A stretch of 53,876 nucleotides of DNA from Candidatus Aenigmatarchaeota archaeon (GTDB taxonomy: Archaea > Aenigmatarchaeota > Aenigmatarchaeia > CG10238-14 > SpSt-28): positions 1 through 53,876 of the forward strand of contig JAVYKI010000001.1 of NCBI GenBank assembly GCA_038742305.1. Direction: 5' to 3'. This document shows positions 53,370-53,876 of this stretch, piece after piece (positions within the stretch are counted from its first letter, which is position 1; every line of letters starts with the position of its first letter). The notes under the pieces were generated by a model. The model was not told the origin of the DNA and ran no database searches. It saw nothing but the letters and a program-made list of their open reading frames with translations. The position numbers were made by a program, and so were the translations under genes.

Positions 53370-53876
53370 TACTTTTTCTTTCCTATTAATGCTATTTGAG
53401 CTAGTAAAGCTGTTAACTGTATTAAAGCATCTCCTCCTTCACTTATTCTAAATTCGTATTCTCCAATTTTTTCTATTAATTCTATTTTTTTATCTTCTGG
53501 AATATTTAATTTTAATGCTTGCCTATAAATTTCTTTAATTAAATCTTCTCCAGCTAATCCTTCAACTATTAATTTTTTATGCAAAATTTCTCTAGCTTTT
53601 TGAAAGCTTTGAACATCACCTTTTAAAGCTAAATTTAACATTTCTTCAACTTCTCTTGGCTTAGCTCTTGAAGCAACATCATAAACTATATCAGCAGTTA
53701 TTTTCTTCGAAATTGCGGCAGCTGCTTGTAATAAATTTGCAACCTTTCTTAAGTCGCCTTCTGCAATATTGATTATTGCTTGTATTGCTTCTTCATCAAT
53801 ATCCAATTTTTCGCCTTTTACTATTCTATTTATAAATTCTCTTTGAGCACTTTCCGGCAAAGCTTTAAATCTAAAT
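53369..53876 (-). CDS. rfcS: replication factor C small subunit, C-terminal part (5' end outside window)
   Basis: The frame is open to the window edge (..LKALPESAQREFINRIV...). AEGDLRKVANLLQAAA is the RFC small-subunit signature. Confidence 0.85.
   Translation of the reverse strand, partial: FRFKALPESAQREFINRIVKGEKLDIDEEAIQAIINIAEGDLRKVANLLQAAAAISKKITADIVYDVASRAKPREVEEMLNLALKGDVQSFQKAREILHKKLIVEGLAGEDLIKEIYRQALKLNIPEDKKIELIEKIGEYEFRISEGGDALIQLTALLAQIALIGKKK

Overview
About 54 kb of very AT-rich, gene-dense archaeal chromosome. Core archaeal genes are present: aEF-2, histone, Alba, uL15/SecY/eL34, uS14, eL33, a fused PriS-PriL primase, type IA topoisomerase, intein-containing CDC48, FtsY, prefoldin alpha, aRF1, both RFC subunits, Pth2, adenylate kinase and an intron-containing tRNA-Trp. 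They occur singly or as short fragments of the usual conserved operons. Between them lie many small membrane proteins, three HEPN/MNT pairs, two fused NTase-HEPN-like paralogs, a glycosyltransferase/FkbM island and several genes I cannot assign. The fused primase, broken synteny, short genes and frequent 1-10 nt gene overlaps suggest a reduced DPANN/Nanoarchaeota-like genome; this taxonomy is inference only.

The items most worth follow-up are:
1. A type IV filament-like surface locus (9661-18529). It has a FlaJ/TadC-like platform protein, a tightly coupled six-gene operon of prepilin-like and Cys-rich proteins of unknown family, a seven-gene operon of 38-59 aa single-helix micro-proteins, and a perfect 100-bp tandem duplication of the divergent promoter and 5' region. 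No ATPase or prepilin peptidase is present in the window.
2. An aRF1 whose catalytic GGQ reads GGW while NIKS and YxCxxxF are intact.
3. A 1.27-kb ORF-free gap that ends in a dense array of CTTAAG-centred palindromes, next to an operon of small HTH proteins and unassignable genes.
4. An isolated GC-rich hairpin of about 67 nt.
5. Direct repeats flanking a DUF4143-type ATPase gene.

No CRISPR array, rRNA, transposase or integrase was recognised. All calls come from reading the sequence and ORF translations; no searches were run.
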